DNA of 64,000 nt from Nemertoderma westbladi (Eukaryota; Animalia; Xenacoelomorpha): the NCBI GenBank assembly GCA_032718475.1, contig JAUCBJ010006913.1, positions 16,113 to 80,112 on the forward strand. The letters are read 5' to 3'. Position numbers and translations under genes: made by a program. Below, piece by piece: positions 1 through 14,000 of the stretch (within the stretch, counting starts at the first letter, position 1; every line of letters starts with the position of its first letter). The notes beneath the pieces were generated by a model that had not been told where the DNA came from, made no database searches, and worked only from the letters and a program-made list of their open reading frames with translations.

Positions 1-828
1 ACACATTTATATGTTAGGTGGAGTATTCCCACATATTTATATGTTAGGTTTTTCACACACTTTGTATTCCTCTTCAAGGAACGACAATACATACTGTAGC
101 TCCAAAAAATTTCCCAAATAACCTCCTTTATTATTTTCTAGAATTACTCGACTCCAGTGGTCGGATCGTGGTCTTTACTTCTGCACAGCTATAAACAGCA
201 TAGGAATAGCTGAAGCTTCTGCATTCCTAGACATTGAAGGTAAGTCCATAATAATGGTGCCGATCATTAAGAGTTATCAAAATATAAGTCTGAGGTAATT
301 ACTGTTAGTTAAGAAACCAGAATAGAATTGGATATAAACGACTGTATTTTTACTTGTTTTTACAAGATTTGAAGTATCCTACATTGAAGATGACAACTAA
401 ATACATGAAATCACTAGAATCAGAATCTCTGACATAATCAACTGGTAATTGATAAAGCAAAACTAATTATTTATCCGCGATTTAAAATCCACCCTGGGGC
501 TTTAACAACCTCAAAGAGGAATTTAATAGGCTGGAGATTGGTTAATTATAGGGCTCAGTTAATGCAGCACAGGAATACCTCTAGAGTGCAACGCTATGCA
601 GCTGCGTATAATCTAGCAGATTTACCACCAAATCCGCACCTAACAAAAACATTTTCGGACTATTAATGTAGGGATGATTATAAACTATATTAGGTGAGGA
701 TAAATGGTTGGATACTATAATGCTATAATACTTCACTGCTTTTACTTCGTAAATTATACACAATATATAATTTCTAGGACGATTAACTATATTATTAGCA
801 TCCATCTCCATGCATCATATTCATTTGT

Positions 829-1980
829 TGTTCGCGCTTTTAGACCTTTAACAGTTTAACCTGTTAATTTACGTGTCTTATGATGTCTGACAGCCCGTAC
901 AAAATATGACCACAGCAGAAGCCAGTCTAGCGCGACATATGACCCACTGTTTGTGGGAGACTGAATTCTATGGCAGAGAGAGATGTAGGCTACTTTGTAT
1001 TATTCGATTGATCTCTACTATATAATCTCCAAAAACTACGTATATTTTCAGGGAAATACCAGTAGTTCCTTTCAGGTGGCTGCGCTTTAAATACCACGCA
1101 GAGCTATGACTTATACTAATTACAATGGGTGGGCATGAGAAAAAGCAAATGTTTACATCCTTTATGGATGTATAATTATTCGCTCGCATTCACACAACTG
1201 ACAATAATACTGAAACACGTTAATTAGCCGACCGCACCAATTTTACTCACATATAAGGAGAAATTTAGCTCACGTACGTTGGAGGCTATGAAACAGCATC
1301 CACTCTTACAAACCACTGTTATTTGAGCTAGGCAATTGTGAATGGTATTCCCCTCCTCTTACCTCAATGATCAAGAAAGCCAAGAGAGTTACCGGTTATT
1401 CGTAAGTATTCTCCAAATATTAACAGTGATCAAATAGGTTACAAACACAGTATTATAACAATATAAACAATATAAGATAAGCGGTGTGCGGCATTTAATC
1501 ATCAGTCAGATGTTGTCAGAATTTTAGTGAGGTATCCGGTACGAGAGTACAAGAGAGTACGAGAGAGATAATTTACTCTGTTTTATAATTGTCTGACACT
1601 CTAGCCACGGATGGTCTTTGGGCAAAGTCAGAAATATCAGAATGTCAGAATGAATGATTTCGTCATATTTACGGTATACATATGTAAACAAAGAATTCGC
1701 AAAGTGAAAATCGCGTTGATTGGCCGAAATATAACAAAATATAACACAGTCTCTACGCATAAAGAAACAGCTGGCAAATTTCGTTATGTTAGTTCTGGAT
1801 TAAGACAGACGCATAGTTGCATAAGTTTATACTTCCTCCAACACCTTAGAACAATGTTGGCCTTTTTGAAGTAGTTCGCGAATTGTACAAAAACGACACC
1901 TCATTGCCGTAAAACATTCATCATCTTATCATGCACATCGATATGTTTTTAAGCTTCAAGAAAACTTTCTATCCAGATTT
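829..1980 (-). mobile_element. Diverged, probably solo LTR related to the LTRs at 33657, 45781 and 59801
   Basis: Starts TGTTCGCGCTTTTAGACCTTTAACAGTTTAACC versus TGTTCGCGCTTTCAGACCTATGGCAGTTTAACC at 33657. Further collinear blocks (GCGCTTTA...CAGAGCTATGACTTA, CTCTTACCT..ATCAAGAA, TTTATAATT, TGATTGG, CAGCTG). Right end and TSD not identifiable, so the end coordinate is approximate. Confidence 0.65.
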
Positions 1981-2537
1981 TCAATTTTCTATTCAATTTA
2001 TTCTCATTCATTATTGAGGCCCTACATCTAAAATGTAAATAAAATGTCGATATATTTATATTAAGTCCTGATTATCAAAAATATATGATATTATTATATT
2101 TATATATATCCTTGTTCATCGATATCTAATGAATAGGGACCAATGTGTGGCCATCCTAATGTTATCTCTCAATACTGTTGAATTGATGACCCCCGGATTT
2201 GATATCAATTTTGTTGACCTATGTTTAATGTCAGAATCATTGAATGGTGGTCATAAAAGTCTCCAGTGCGGTCCACCTTATACTGCCTAAGCTAAGAGGT
2301 ACTCATTTAGCTACCGTTTCGGAATCAAAGCAGAGCTGTGCCATGGCTAGTGCTGAAACAAAAGATACCCTGGCCACCAGACATAGTACCAACGACCTCT
2401 GGAGAGGATCGCAACCTACAGTAATTAACCACATGTCAAGGTGGTACAAACAACATATAATATGATACTTAGACGTATAGTACAGGAAGCATTCGATGTC
2501 GATGTCTTGATGACTGCAAATTGGACTAACATTAAAA

Positions 2538-4168
2538 AGTCAAGGTTTAGTCTGGTCAGAATACAGTCAAGGTTTAGTCTGGTCAGAATACAGTCAAGGT
2601 TTAGTCTGGTCAGAATACAGTCAAGGTTTAGTCTGGTCAGAATATAGTCAAGGTTTAGTCTGGTCAGAATACAGTCAAGGTTTAGTCTGGTCAGAATACA
2701 GTCAAGGTTTAGTCTGGTCAGAATACAGTCAAGGTTTAGTCTGGTCAGAATACAGTCAAGGTTTAGTCTGGTCAGAATACAGTCAAGGTTTAGTCTGGTC
2801 AGAATACAGTCAAGGTTTAGTCTGGTCAGAATACAGTCAAGGTTTAGTCTGGTCAGAATACAGTCAAGGTTTAGTCTGGTCAGAATACAGTCAAGGTTTA
2901 GTCTGGTCAGAATACAGTCAAGGTTTAGTCTGGTCAGAATACAGTCAAGGTTTAGTCTGGTCAGAATACAGTCAAGGTTTAGTCTGGTCAGAATACAGTC
3001 AAGGTTTAGTCTGGTCAGAATACAGTCAAGGTTTAGTCTGGTCAGAATACAGTCAAGGTTTAGTCTGGTCAGAATACAGTCAAGGTTTAGTCTGGTCAGA
3101 ATACAGTCAAGGTTTAGTCTGGTCAGAATACAGTCAAGGTTTAGTCTGGTCAGAATACAGTCAAGGTTTAGTCTGGTCAGAATACAGTCAAGGTTTAGTC
3201 TGGTCAGAATACAGTCAAGGTTTAGTCTGGTCAGAATACAGTCAAGGTTTAGTCTGGTCAGAATACAGTCAAGGTTTAGTCTGGTCAGAATACAGTCAAG
3301 GTTTAGTCTGGTCAGAATACAGTCAAGGTTTAGTCTGGTCAGAATACAGTCAAGGTTTAGTCTGGTCAGAATACAGTCAAGGTTTAGTCTGGTCAGAATA
3401 CAGTCAAGGTTTAGTCTGGTCAGAATACAGTCAAGGTTTAGTCTGGTCAGAATACAGTCAAGGTTTAGTCTGGTCAGAATACAGTCAAGGTTTAGTCTGG
3501 TCAGAATACAGTCAAGGTTTAGTCTGGTCAGAATACAGTCAAGGTTTAGTCTGGTCAGAATACAGTCAAGGTTTAGTCTGGTCAGAATACAGTCAAGGTT
3601 TAGTCTGGTCAGAATACAGTCAAGGTTTAGTCTGGTCAGAATACAGTCAAGGTTTAGTCTGGTCAGAATACAGTCAAGGTTTAGTCTGGTCAGAATACAG
3701 TCAAGGTTTAGTCTGGTCAGAATACAGTCAAGGTTTAGTCTGGTCAGAATACAGTCAAGGTTTAGTCTGGTCAGAATACAGTCAAGGTTTAGTCTGGTCA
3801 GAATACAGTCAAGGTTTAGTCTGGTCAGAATACAGTCAAGGTTTAGTCTGGTCAGAATACAGTCAAGGTTTAGTCTGGTCAGAATACAGTCAAGGTTTAG
3901 TCTGGTCAGAATACAGTCAAGGTTTAGTCTGGTCAGAATACAGTCAAGGTTTAGTCTGGTCAGAATACAGTCAAGGTTTAGTCTGGTCAGAATACAGTCA
4001 AGGTTTAGTCTGGTCAGAATACAGTCAAGGTTTAGTCTGGTCAGAATACAGTCAAGGTTTAGTCTGGTCAGAATACAGTCAAGGTTTAGTCTGGTCAGAA
4101 TACAGTCAAGGTTTAGTCTGGTCAGAATACAGTCAAGGTTTAGTCTGGTCAGAATACAGTCAAGGTTT
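2538..4168. repeat. 27-bp minisatellite, about 60 near-identical copies (AGTCAAGGTTTAGTCTGGTCAGAATAC)
   Basis: Direct tandem periodicity; one internal variant seen near 2645. Confidence 0.98.
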
Positions 4169-4314
4169 GATCTGGACAACATATCAACCAGATTCACATC
4201 TTCTCTGAATGTTAATATATTCCGGGGGGACAGTAATGCATGTGCAGCTATATAGCAGCAACTCCTGTGATAGTGGTAAAAAAAACTGCAGATAATGGTG
4301 GAAGAAAGGCTGAG

Positions 4315-4387
4315 TGGACCCGGGCGGGGCTGAACCTTCAACCAATGGATTGCAGGACCGGTGCTCAGCCAACTGAGCTACCCCGCC
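4315..4387 (-). pseudogene. tRNA-derived sequence (Cys-like CTGCAAT loop), probably a SINE head or tRNA pseudogene
   Basis: Minus strand reads GGCGGGGTAGCTCAGTTGGCTGAGCACCGGTCCTGCAATCCATTGGTTGAAGGTTCAGCCCCGCCCGGGTCCA, with an A-box (TAGCTCAGTTGG) and a B-box-like GGTTCAGCCCC. Anticodon and acceptor stems pair poorly. Confidence 0.65.
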
Positions 4388-6870
4388 TTAACATTTTGCT
4401 ATAGACTCTCGTTATTGTTTTGTTTGGAATAATGTTGCACTCTAACATGCTCAATTCCATTAATTTCCCTCCCCCCCCCCCCCCCCCCCCCATCCATTTA
4501 CAATCATCATAAATTACAGTTATGATGATATTTTAAAGTAACTTTTCATGATTTTTTGTAGTGTACTTAGAGTTTTGTGCAATAAGATTTTTCTACAACT
4601 CTGTAACAATAAACTTAAACACGGCAAACTGTTAGTTTGTTTTATAAAACTTTTTTCTGTTGAAGTGGTTCTGGCGCCATTAATCCTAAGCAATGAATTC
4701 TGACATTTCTCTTCAACAATACCGGACCACTCACTCAAAACATTGAAAATTCCCTCACATTAATTGATAACTTCACTAACAAAGCCCTTTCGTGTATGAT
4801 TGATAGATGTCATTAACTTCCTGTAGCTATAGAAACACAGGGAATCCGAAGCAAGAATTATTATAATGAGTTTGGGTATTTCTATGTTTACCGATAAAGT
4901 TGTTTTAAAGGGGATGACAGAAAGAGATGACAAGTTACTACATAGGCGTCGCATAGTCTCTGATTCAACATCAATAATGATTCATTACTGATTCCATTGT
5001 TGGGTTCTTATAAACAAAATTGTTAGATGATGAAATATTTAAGGTGTAATAATAATCTAAGGTTTCTAGACTGTCTGTCCAAAGACAATTTCTTTAAATA
5101 TATAACAATGAGTTAACCGCCACACTCAACTGTAACCGCCACTCATTAGCTGAAAGGGAAGTGATACAATAATTAAAATAAATAAAATTATAGTTAAATG
5201 TACACAGGTAAACAAGTATACTGTATGTGTCTTTGTCCTGGTAAGAGTATAACAAAATAATTTTAGATAACTTAAACTTACAGTAATTAACTGTTAATTA
5301 AATGAGGTCATTCTTACTGTGCTTTAGAGTAGAGCATGTAATATTATTATATTATTATTATATTATATTTGAGTAAAATGTGGATTAATTGTTCCAAAAT
5401 ATTTTATTGTAATTTTTATTGACGCTTATCTACTGTGTGGATAATGGATAGGCATACTTCAAAAGCACTTCATTATAATATTACTTCATTCTGCGAGATT
5501 GTGCAATACAATATAATTTATGTTTCTGCCCAGGCTACAATCTATGGTGCAATGTTTGGGATTTACTATCGTCGTTTATGAAACAGATAAATATAGTTTG
5601 TCACTCAGGGCTCTATTTTATTTGAATCCTTAATACCCCACTTCTCCCTCCAGGCAACTCAATTTCCTTATTAATATATAATAAAAAAGAATTTATAGTA
5701 TTCATCCCTCTGTACCCCAACTACTGAATATCAAATGATTACCACTTGGTTCGAATTAACCTACCGCAGCAGCTAACCTAAACGCAAATCATTTACGCGG
5801 AAATCAGAACACTTGAGGTATTTCTCGAGTCTTAATTAGGGCAGAAACGTGTCAGTATCACGTCCGTTTGGGTCGGATTGAGTCCACGGATTCCATCCTC
5901 TCCGACTTCGCGTCACGTTTTGCCTCCATTGTAGGACACAGCGGCCCGTCTCTACCAACTAAAGTTGATTAAAATGTGGAGAAATTCTGTCAAATTTAGC
6001 CCTATAATTGGTATTAATGGCGACAGTCTTGCCGGTACCGGTTTGTACTGACTGCAGATTATTTGGGTAAAGTCACGAGTTGGTGTTTAAGTCCCGCAAA
6101 GAGAGACAAAAAGTTTGGGTTAATTATACGGTATGGAAAAATGGTTAAAACCAGCAGAGAGTTGCATTAATATGAAATAATTGCTTCTTGAAATATTTGA
6201 AGATTTTATAATAATTTTTTATTAGAAGATTTACATTCTATCAATAATTGTGTGCAAGTCCCTTATACCATTTCACTCCATAATCTACTAGGCCTATACA
6301 GTAGATACGACCCGCCAAGCTGCTGCAAAGCCCCTAAATTTAGTGGGCCAGTTATTTCTCTTAGATAGAACCCCTGAAACAATAGGTCTAGCGCGTCGTA
6401 AGTACTTGTCCCTAACTAAAATTATGTCCTCTTTCAGATGAGACGGATAAAAATTTAATAGCTCCATTAGTTTTTGAGATATGAAGAGTTCCTGGCACCT
6501 ATGCCATTTCGGTATTACAAAAATACATCACCTTTCAAAGACTTTGGTATAACCATGAAACCATAAACTATGCTTTTTTGGTTTGTTAAATTCGTTATTA
6601 ATAATCGAAAGTGAGATTAGAAGCAAAATTGAATCTTTTATTTTTTAATAGATACTAAAAGAGCACCAAAGTGTTAGTAGCTCGAAATTTTCAAATAGCC
6701 AAAAGTGGTAAATTGGCCGTACAGTTAGGACTAGGCTACTGAGGTTTTAGTCTGTGCTGATTTCATCGGCAAGGTCTATAGTAGGTCATGTTCACTCCAT
6801 TAACAATCCTCATCTAATATTAATATCACTTCCTAGCAGTACTGCTGTATCCTTGTTCCATTAAAGATCA

Positions 6871-7821
6871 GGTCAGGTCGGGGGTTCTGGGTCATTGATC
6901 AAGAAAACTTGCCACCTCCATGATGATGGGGTGATGATAACTCCACCTACTGGCTCCAGAGGTCGAGGAAATCCGGCCAAGTACCTAACTGATCTAGACT
7001 TTGCTGATGACTTAGGAGTACTCTCAGAATCACTAGAGGGAGCCCAACGGCTCCTCAGCTCATTAGAACAGGCTGCTTCTAGTGTTGGTCTTTTTATTAA
7101 CTCCAGAAAGACCAAAATTTTGACAGTAAACTTTGAAAGTCCTCAACAAGTCTCTGACCGGATGAGCATAATCTCAAAGGATGGTATGCTTGAGCATGTG
7201 GACGACTTCTGTTACCTGGGATCATGGATCCGGAAGTAAGGTGAGGACCTTCGAATACGTAAGGGAAAGGCATGGACAGCCTTGAATAGGCTTTCCAGGA
7301 TTTGGAAGTCAACGAGAATTAATCGGAAACTTAAGGTCCGATTATTTAGAGCAGCAGTAGTTCCAGTACTCCTCTTTGGGAGTCCATGCTGGGCTCTAAC
7401 TGCTGAGGACACCAAATCTCTGGATGGCACATTCACAAGAATGCTACGCTGGGTTCATTGTGTCAAGTACAATGCACACATCTCCAACCAGACACTATAT
7501 AACATTGGAGGTGTCTCATTGGTTCCCCCATGCTTGACACTAGAACAAAATCGCCTCCGCTTTGCAGGACATTGCTTTCACCATGAGGACCAGCCAGTGC
7601 ATAATCTTGTTCTTTGGCAGCCTCATAGAGTGAATAAGCATGGTAGACTACCCATGACTTTCTTGAGAGACATCTTAAAGGACACTGGCCTTAAATATGC
7701 GGATGATCTAGCAAATGTCATGGGTGATAGGGAGTTGTGGCGGTGCAATTTTGTCGATAAGCCGGCACAGCATTCTTAAAAATGCAGCTGCAATGCAGCA
7801 TGCCGATCCTAGTAGTAGTAG
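6871..7821 (+). mobile_element. 5'-truncated RTE-like LINE (RT C-terminal part) with (TAG)n tail and 9-bp TSD
   Basis: LDFADDL RT motif, FCYLGS, RLRFAGHC. In-frame stop at 7237-7239 splits ORFs 6895-7239 and 7282-7779, which share a frame. Tail CTAGTAGTAGTAG; TSD TAAAGATCA at 6862-6870 and 7822-7830. Confidence 0.9.
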
Positions 7822-8029
7822 TAAAGATCAACCCAATTGTGTCATATGGACTCCGCGAAATATGGCCATTTCTTAGAAAAGCGAACCTTTACTAACTATA
7901 TTGAACTCCACTTTCCTTAAACTTATTTCAGGAGTTTACAACTCAACTCGAAATAGGCTGGTAATTACTCTATGCATGTCGACCTTGCGAAGCTACTCAA
8001 TCACACACAAAATCCAATGAACAATAATA

Positions 8030-11000
8030 AATACACAAAAAGCATTGAAACTAAATCAAAAGAAGTGAGTTGTAGAGCCGGCCAAGACTCTACTACTGAA
8101 GTACCACCGCTATTCTGGTACACAAAAAGCATTGAAACTAAATCAAAAGAAGTGAGTAGTAGAGCCGGCCAAGACTCTACTACTGAAGTACCACCGCTAT
8201 TCTGGTACACAAAAACCATTGAAACTAAAACAAAATAAGTGAGTAGTAGAGCCGGCCAAGACTCTACTACTGAAGTACCACCGCTATTCTGGTACACAAA
8301 AAGCATTGAAATTAAAACAAAAGAAGTGAGTAGTAGAGCCGGCCAAGACTCTACTCCTGAAGTACCACCGCTATTCTGGTACACAAAAAGCATTGAAACT
8401 AAAACAAAAGAAGTGAGTAGTAGAGCCGGCCAAGACTCTACTACTGAAGTACCACCGCTACTTTGGTACACAAAAACCATTGAAATTAAAACAAAAGAAG
8501 TGAGTAGTAGAGCCGGCCAAGACTCTACTACTGAAGTACCACCGCTATTCTGGTACACAAAAACCATTGAAACTAAAACAAAAGAAGTGAGTAGTAGAGC
8601 CGGCCAAGACTCTACTACTGAAGTACCACCGCTATTCTGGTACACAAAAAGCATTGAAACTAAAACAAAAGAAGTGAGTAGTAGAGCCGGCCAAGACTCT
8701 ACTACTGAAGTACCACCGCTATTCTGGTACACAAAAAGCATTGAAACTAAAACAAAAGAAGTGAGTAGTAGAGCCGGCCAAGACTCTACTCCTGAAGTAC
8801 CACCGCTATTCTGGTACACAAAAAGCATTGAAACTAAAACAAAAGAAGTGAGTAGTAGAGCCGGCCAAGACTCTACTACTGAAGTACCACCGCTATTCTG
8901 GTACACAAAAAGCATTGAAACTAAAACAAAAGAAGTGAGTAGTAGAGCCGGCCAAGACTCTACTCCTGAAGTACCACCGCTATTCTGGTACACAAAAAGC
9001 ATTGAAACTAAAACAAATGAAGTGAGTAGTAGAGCCGGCCAAGACTCTACTACTGAAGTACCACCGCTATTCTGGTACACAAAAACCATTGAAACTAAAA
9101 CAAAATAAGTGAGTAGTAGAGCCGGCCAAGACTCTACTCCTGAAGTACCACCGCTATTCTGGTACACAAAAAGCATTGAAACTAAAACAAAAGAAGTGAG
9201 TAGTAGAGCCGGCGAAGACTCTACTACTGAAGTACCACCGCTATTCTGGTACACAAAAAGCATTGAAACTAAAACAAAAGAAGTGAGTAGTAGAGCCGGC
9301 CAAGACTCTACTACTGAAGTACCACCGCTATTCTGGTACACAAAAAGCATTGAAACTAAAACAAAAGAAGTGAGTAGTAGAGCCGGCGAAGACTCTACTC
9401 CTGAAGTACCACCGCTATTCTGGTACACAAAAAGCATTGAAACTAAAACAAAAGAAGTGAGTAGTAGAGCCGGCCAAGACTCTACTACTGAAGTACCACC
9501 GCTATTCTGGTACACAAAAAGCATTGAAACTAAAACAAAAGAAGTGAGTAGTAGAGCCGGCGAAGACTCTACTACTGAAGTACCACCGCTATTCTGGTAC
9601 ACAAAAAGCATTGAAACTAAAACAAAAGAAGTGAGTAGTAGAGCCGGCCAAGACTCTACTACTGAAGTACCACCGCTATTCTGGTACACAAAAAGCATTG
9701 AAACTAAAACAAAAGAAGTGAGTAGTAGAGCCGGCCAAGACTCTACTACTGAAGTACCACCGCTATTCTGGTACACAAAAAGCATTGAAACTAAAACAAA
9801 ATAAGTGAGTAGTAGAGCCGGCCAAGACTCTACTACTGAAGTACCACCGCTATTCTGGTACACAAAAACCATTGAAACTAAAACAAAAGAAGTGAGTAGT
9901 AGAGCCGGCGAAGACTCTACTCCTGAAGTACCACCGCTATTCTGGTACACAAAAACCATTGAAACTAAAACAAAAGAAGTGAGTAGTAGAGCCGGCCAAG
10001 ACTCTACTCCTGAAGTACCACCGCTATTCTGGTACACAAAAAGCATTGAAACTAAAACAAAATAAGTGAGAAGTAGAGCCGGCCAAGACTCTACTACTGA
10101 AGTACCACCGCTATTCTGGTACACAAAAAGCATTGAAACTAAAACAAAAGAAGTGAGTAGTAGAGCCGGCCAAGACTCTACTACTGAAGTACCACCGCTA
10201 TTCTGGTACACAAAAAGCATTGAAACTAAAACAAAATAAGTGAGTAGTAGAGCCGGCCAAGACTCTACTACTGAAGTACCACCGCTATTCTGGTACACAA
10301 AAAGCATTGAAACTAAAACAAAAGAAGTGAGTAGTAGAGCCGGCCAAGACTCTACTCCTGAAGTACCACCGCTATTCTGGTACACAAAAAGCATTGAAAC
10401 TAAAACAAAAGAAGTGAGTAGTAGAGCCGGCCAAGACTCTACTACTGAAGTACCACCGCTATTCTGGTACACAAAAAGCATTGAAACTAAAACAAAAGAA
10501 GTGAGTAGTAGAGCCGGCCAAGACTCTACTCCTGAAGTACCACCGCTATTCTGGTACACAAAAAGCATTGAAACTAAAACAAAAGAAGTGAGTAGTAGAG
10601 CCGGCCAAGACTCTACTACTGAAGTACCACCGCTATTCTGGTACACAAAAAGCATTGAAACTAAAACAAAAGAAGTGAGTAGTAGAGCCGGCCAAGACTC
10701 TACTCCTGAAGTACCACCGCTATTCTGGTACACAAAAAGCATTGAAACTAAAACAAATGAAGTGAGTAGTAGAGCCGGCCAAGACTCTACTACTGAAGTA
10801 CCACCGCTATTCTGGTACACAAAAACCATTGAAACTAAAACAAAATAAGTGAGTAGTAGAGCCGGCCAAGACTCTACTCCTGAAGTACCACCGCTATTCT
10901 GGTACACAAAAAGCATTGAAACTAAAACAAAAGAAGTGAGTAGTAGAGCCGGCGAAGACTCTACTACTGAAGTACCACCGCTATTCTGGTACACAAAAAG

Positions 11001-14000
11001 CATTGAAACTAAAACAAAAGAAGTGAGTAGTAGAGCCGGCCAAGACTCTACTACTGAAGTACCACCGCTATTCTGGTACACAAAAAGCATTGAAACTAAA
11101 ACAAAAGAAGTGAGTAGTAGAGCCGGCGAAGACTCTACTCCTGAAGTACCACCGCTATTCTGGTACACAAAAAGCATTGAAACTAAAACAAAAGAAGTGA
11201 GTAGTAGAGCCGGCGAAGACTCTACTACTGAAGTACCACCGCTATTCTGGTACACAAAAAGCATTGAAACTAAAACAAAAGAAGTGAGTAGTAGAGCCGG
11301 CCAAGACTCTACTACTGAAGTACCACCGCTATTCTGGTACACAAAAAGCATTGAAACTAAAACAAAAGAAGTGAGTAGTAGAGCCGGCGAAGACTCTACT
11401 CCTGAAGTACCACCGCTATTCTGGTACACAAAAAGCATTGAAACTAAAACAAAAGAAGTGAGTAGTAGAGCCGGCCAAGACTCTACTACTGAAGTACCAC
11501 CGCTATTCTGGTACACAAAAAGCATTGAAACTAAAACAAAAGAAGTGAGTAGTAGAGCCGGCCAAGACTCTACTCCTGAAGTACCACCGCTATTCTGGTA
11601 CACAAAAAGCATTGAAACTAAAACAAAATAAGTGAGAAGTAGAGCCGGCCAAGACTCTACTACTGAAGTACCACCGCTATTCTGGTACACAAAAAGCATT
11701 GAAACTAAAACAAAAGAAGTGAGTAGTAGAGCCGGCCAAGACTCTACTACTGAAGTACCACCGCTATTCTGGTACACAAAAAGCATTGAAACTAAAACAA
11801 AAGAAGTGAGTAGTAGAGCCGGCCAAGACTCTACTACTGAAGTACCACCGCTATTCTGGTACACAAAAAGCATTGAAACTAAAACAAAAGAAGTGAGTAG
11901 TAGAGCCGGCGAAGACTCTACTCCTGAAGTACCACCGCTATTCTGGTACACAAAAAGCATTGAAACTAAAACAAAAGAAGTGAGTAGTAGAGCCGGCCAA
12001 GACTCTACTACTGAAGTACCACCGCTATTCTGGTACACAAAAAGCATTGAAACTAAAACAAAAGAAGTGAGTAGTAGAGCCGGCCAAGACTCTACTACTG
12101 AAGTACCACCGCTATTCTGGTACACAAAAAGCATTGAAACTAAAACAAAAGAAGTGAGTAGTAGAGCCGGCCAAGACTCTACTACTGAAGTACCACCGCT
12201 ATTCTGGTACACAAAAAGCATTGAAACTAAAACAAAAGAAGTGAGTAGTAGAGCCGGCCAAGACTCTACTCCTGAAGTACCACCGCTATTCTGGTACACA
12301 AAAAGCATTGAAACTAAAACAAAATAAGTGAGAAGTAGAGCCGGCCAAGACTCTACTACTGAAGTACCACCGCTATTCTGGTACACAAAAAGCATTGAAA
12401 CTAAAACAAAAGAAGTGAGTAGTAGAGCCGGCCAAGACTCTACTACTGAAGTACCACCGCTATTCTGGTACACAAAAAGCATTGAAACTAAAACAAAAGA
12501 AGTGAGTAGTAGAGCCGGCCAAGACTCTACTACTGAAGTACCACCGCTATTCTGGTACACAAAAAGCATTGAAACTAAAACAAAAGAAGTGAGTAGTAGA
12601 GCCGGCCAAGACTCTACTACTGAAGTACCACCGCTATTCTGGTACACAAAAAGCATTGAAACTAAAACAAAAGAAGTGAGTAGTAGAGCCGGCGAAGACT
12701 CTACTCCTGAAGTACCACCGCTATTCTGGTACACAAAAAGCATTGAAACTAAAACAAAAGAAGTGAGTAGTAGAGCCGGCGAAGACTCTACTCCTGAAGT
12801 ACCACCGCTATTCTGGTACACAAAAAGCATTGAAACTAAAACAAAATAAGTGAGTAGTAGAGCCGGCGAAGACTCTACTCCTGAAGTACCACCGCTATTC
12901 TGGTACACAAAAAGCATTGAAACTAAAACAAAATAAGTGAGTAGTAGAGCCGGCCAAGACTCTACTACTGAAGTACCACCGCTATTCTGGTACACAAAAA
13001 CCATTGAAACTAAAACAAAATAAGTGAGTAGTAGAGCCGGCCAAGACTCTACTACTGAAGTACCACCGCTATTCTGGTACACAAAAACCATTGAAACTAA
13101 AACAAAATAAGTGAGTAGTAGAGCCGGCCAAGACTCTACTACTGAAGTACCACTGCTATTCTGGTACACAAAAAGCATTGAAACTAAAACAAAAGAAGTG
13201 AGTAGTAGAGCCGGCCAAGACTCTACTACTGAAGTACCACCGCTATTCTGGTACACAAAAACCATTGAAACTAAAACAAAATAAGTGAGTAGTAGAGCCG
13301 GCCAAGACTCTACTACTGAAGTACCACCGCTATTCTGGTACACAAAAAGCATTGAAATTAAAACAAAAGAAGTGAGTAGTAGAGCCGGCCAAGACTCTAC
13401 TACTGAAGTACCACCGCTATTCTGGTACACAAAAAGCATTGAAACTAAAACAAAAGAAGTGAGTAGTAGAGCCGGCCAAGACTCTACTACTGAAGTACCA
13501 CCGCTATTCTGGTACACAAAAACCATTGAAACTAAAACAAAATAAGTGAGTAGTAGAGCCGGCCAAGACTCTACTACTGAAGTACCACTGCTATTCTGGT
13601 ACACAAAAAGCATTGAAACTAAAACAAAAGAAGTGAGTAGTAGAGCCGGCCAAGACTCTACTACTGAAGTACCACCGCTATTCTGGTACACAAAAACCAT
13701 TGAAACTAAAACAAAATAAGTGAGTAGTAGAGCCGGCCAAGACTCTACTACTGAAGTACCACCGCTATTCTGGTACACAAAAAGCATTGAAATTAAAACA
13801 AAAGAAGTGAGTAGTAGAGCCGGCCAAGACTCTACTACTGAAGTACCACCGCTATTCTGGTACACAAAAAGCATTGAAACTAAAACAAAAGAAGTGAGTA
13901 GTAGAGCCGGCCAAGACTCTACTACTGAAGTACCACCGCTATTCTGGTACACAAAAACCATTGAAACTAAAACAAAATAAGTGAGTAGTAGAGCCGGCCA

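Noticed and set aside
2425-4341. 638-aa ORF of (LNLDCILTR)n
   Set aside because: Translation of the 27-bp minisatellite.
4315-4387. Functional tRNA-Cys gene
   Set aside because: Acceptor and anticodon stems do not pair properly, so it is treated as tRNA-derived.
6306-6721. Possible MITE (TACGACC...GGCCGTA ends)
   Set aside because: Inverted match too short and no TSD seen.
8175-8230. Hammerhead ribozyme in the 87-bp unit (CTGAAG...stem...GAAAC)
   Set aside because: Core reads CTGAAGT rather than CUGANGA, and GAAA is about 12 nt from the stem; the minus strand has no core motif.
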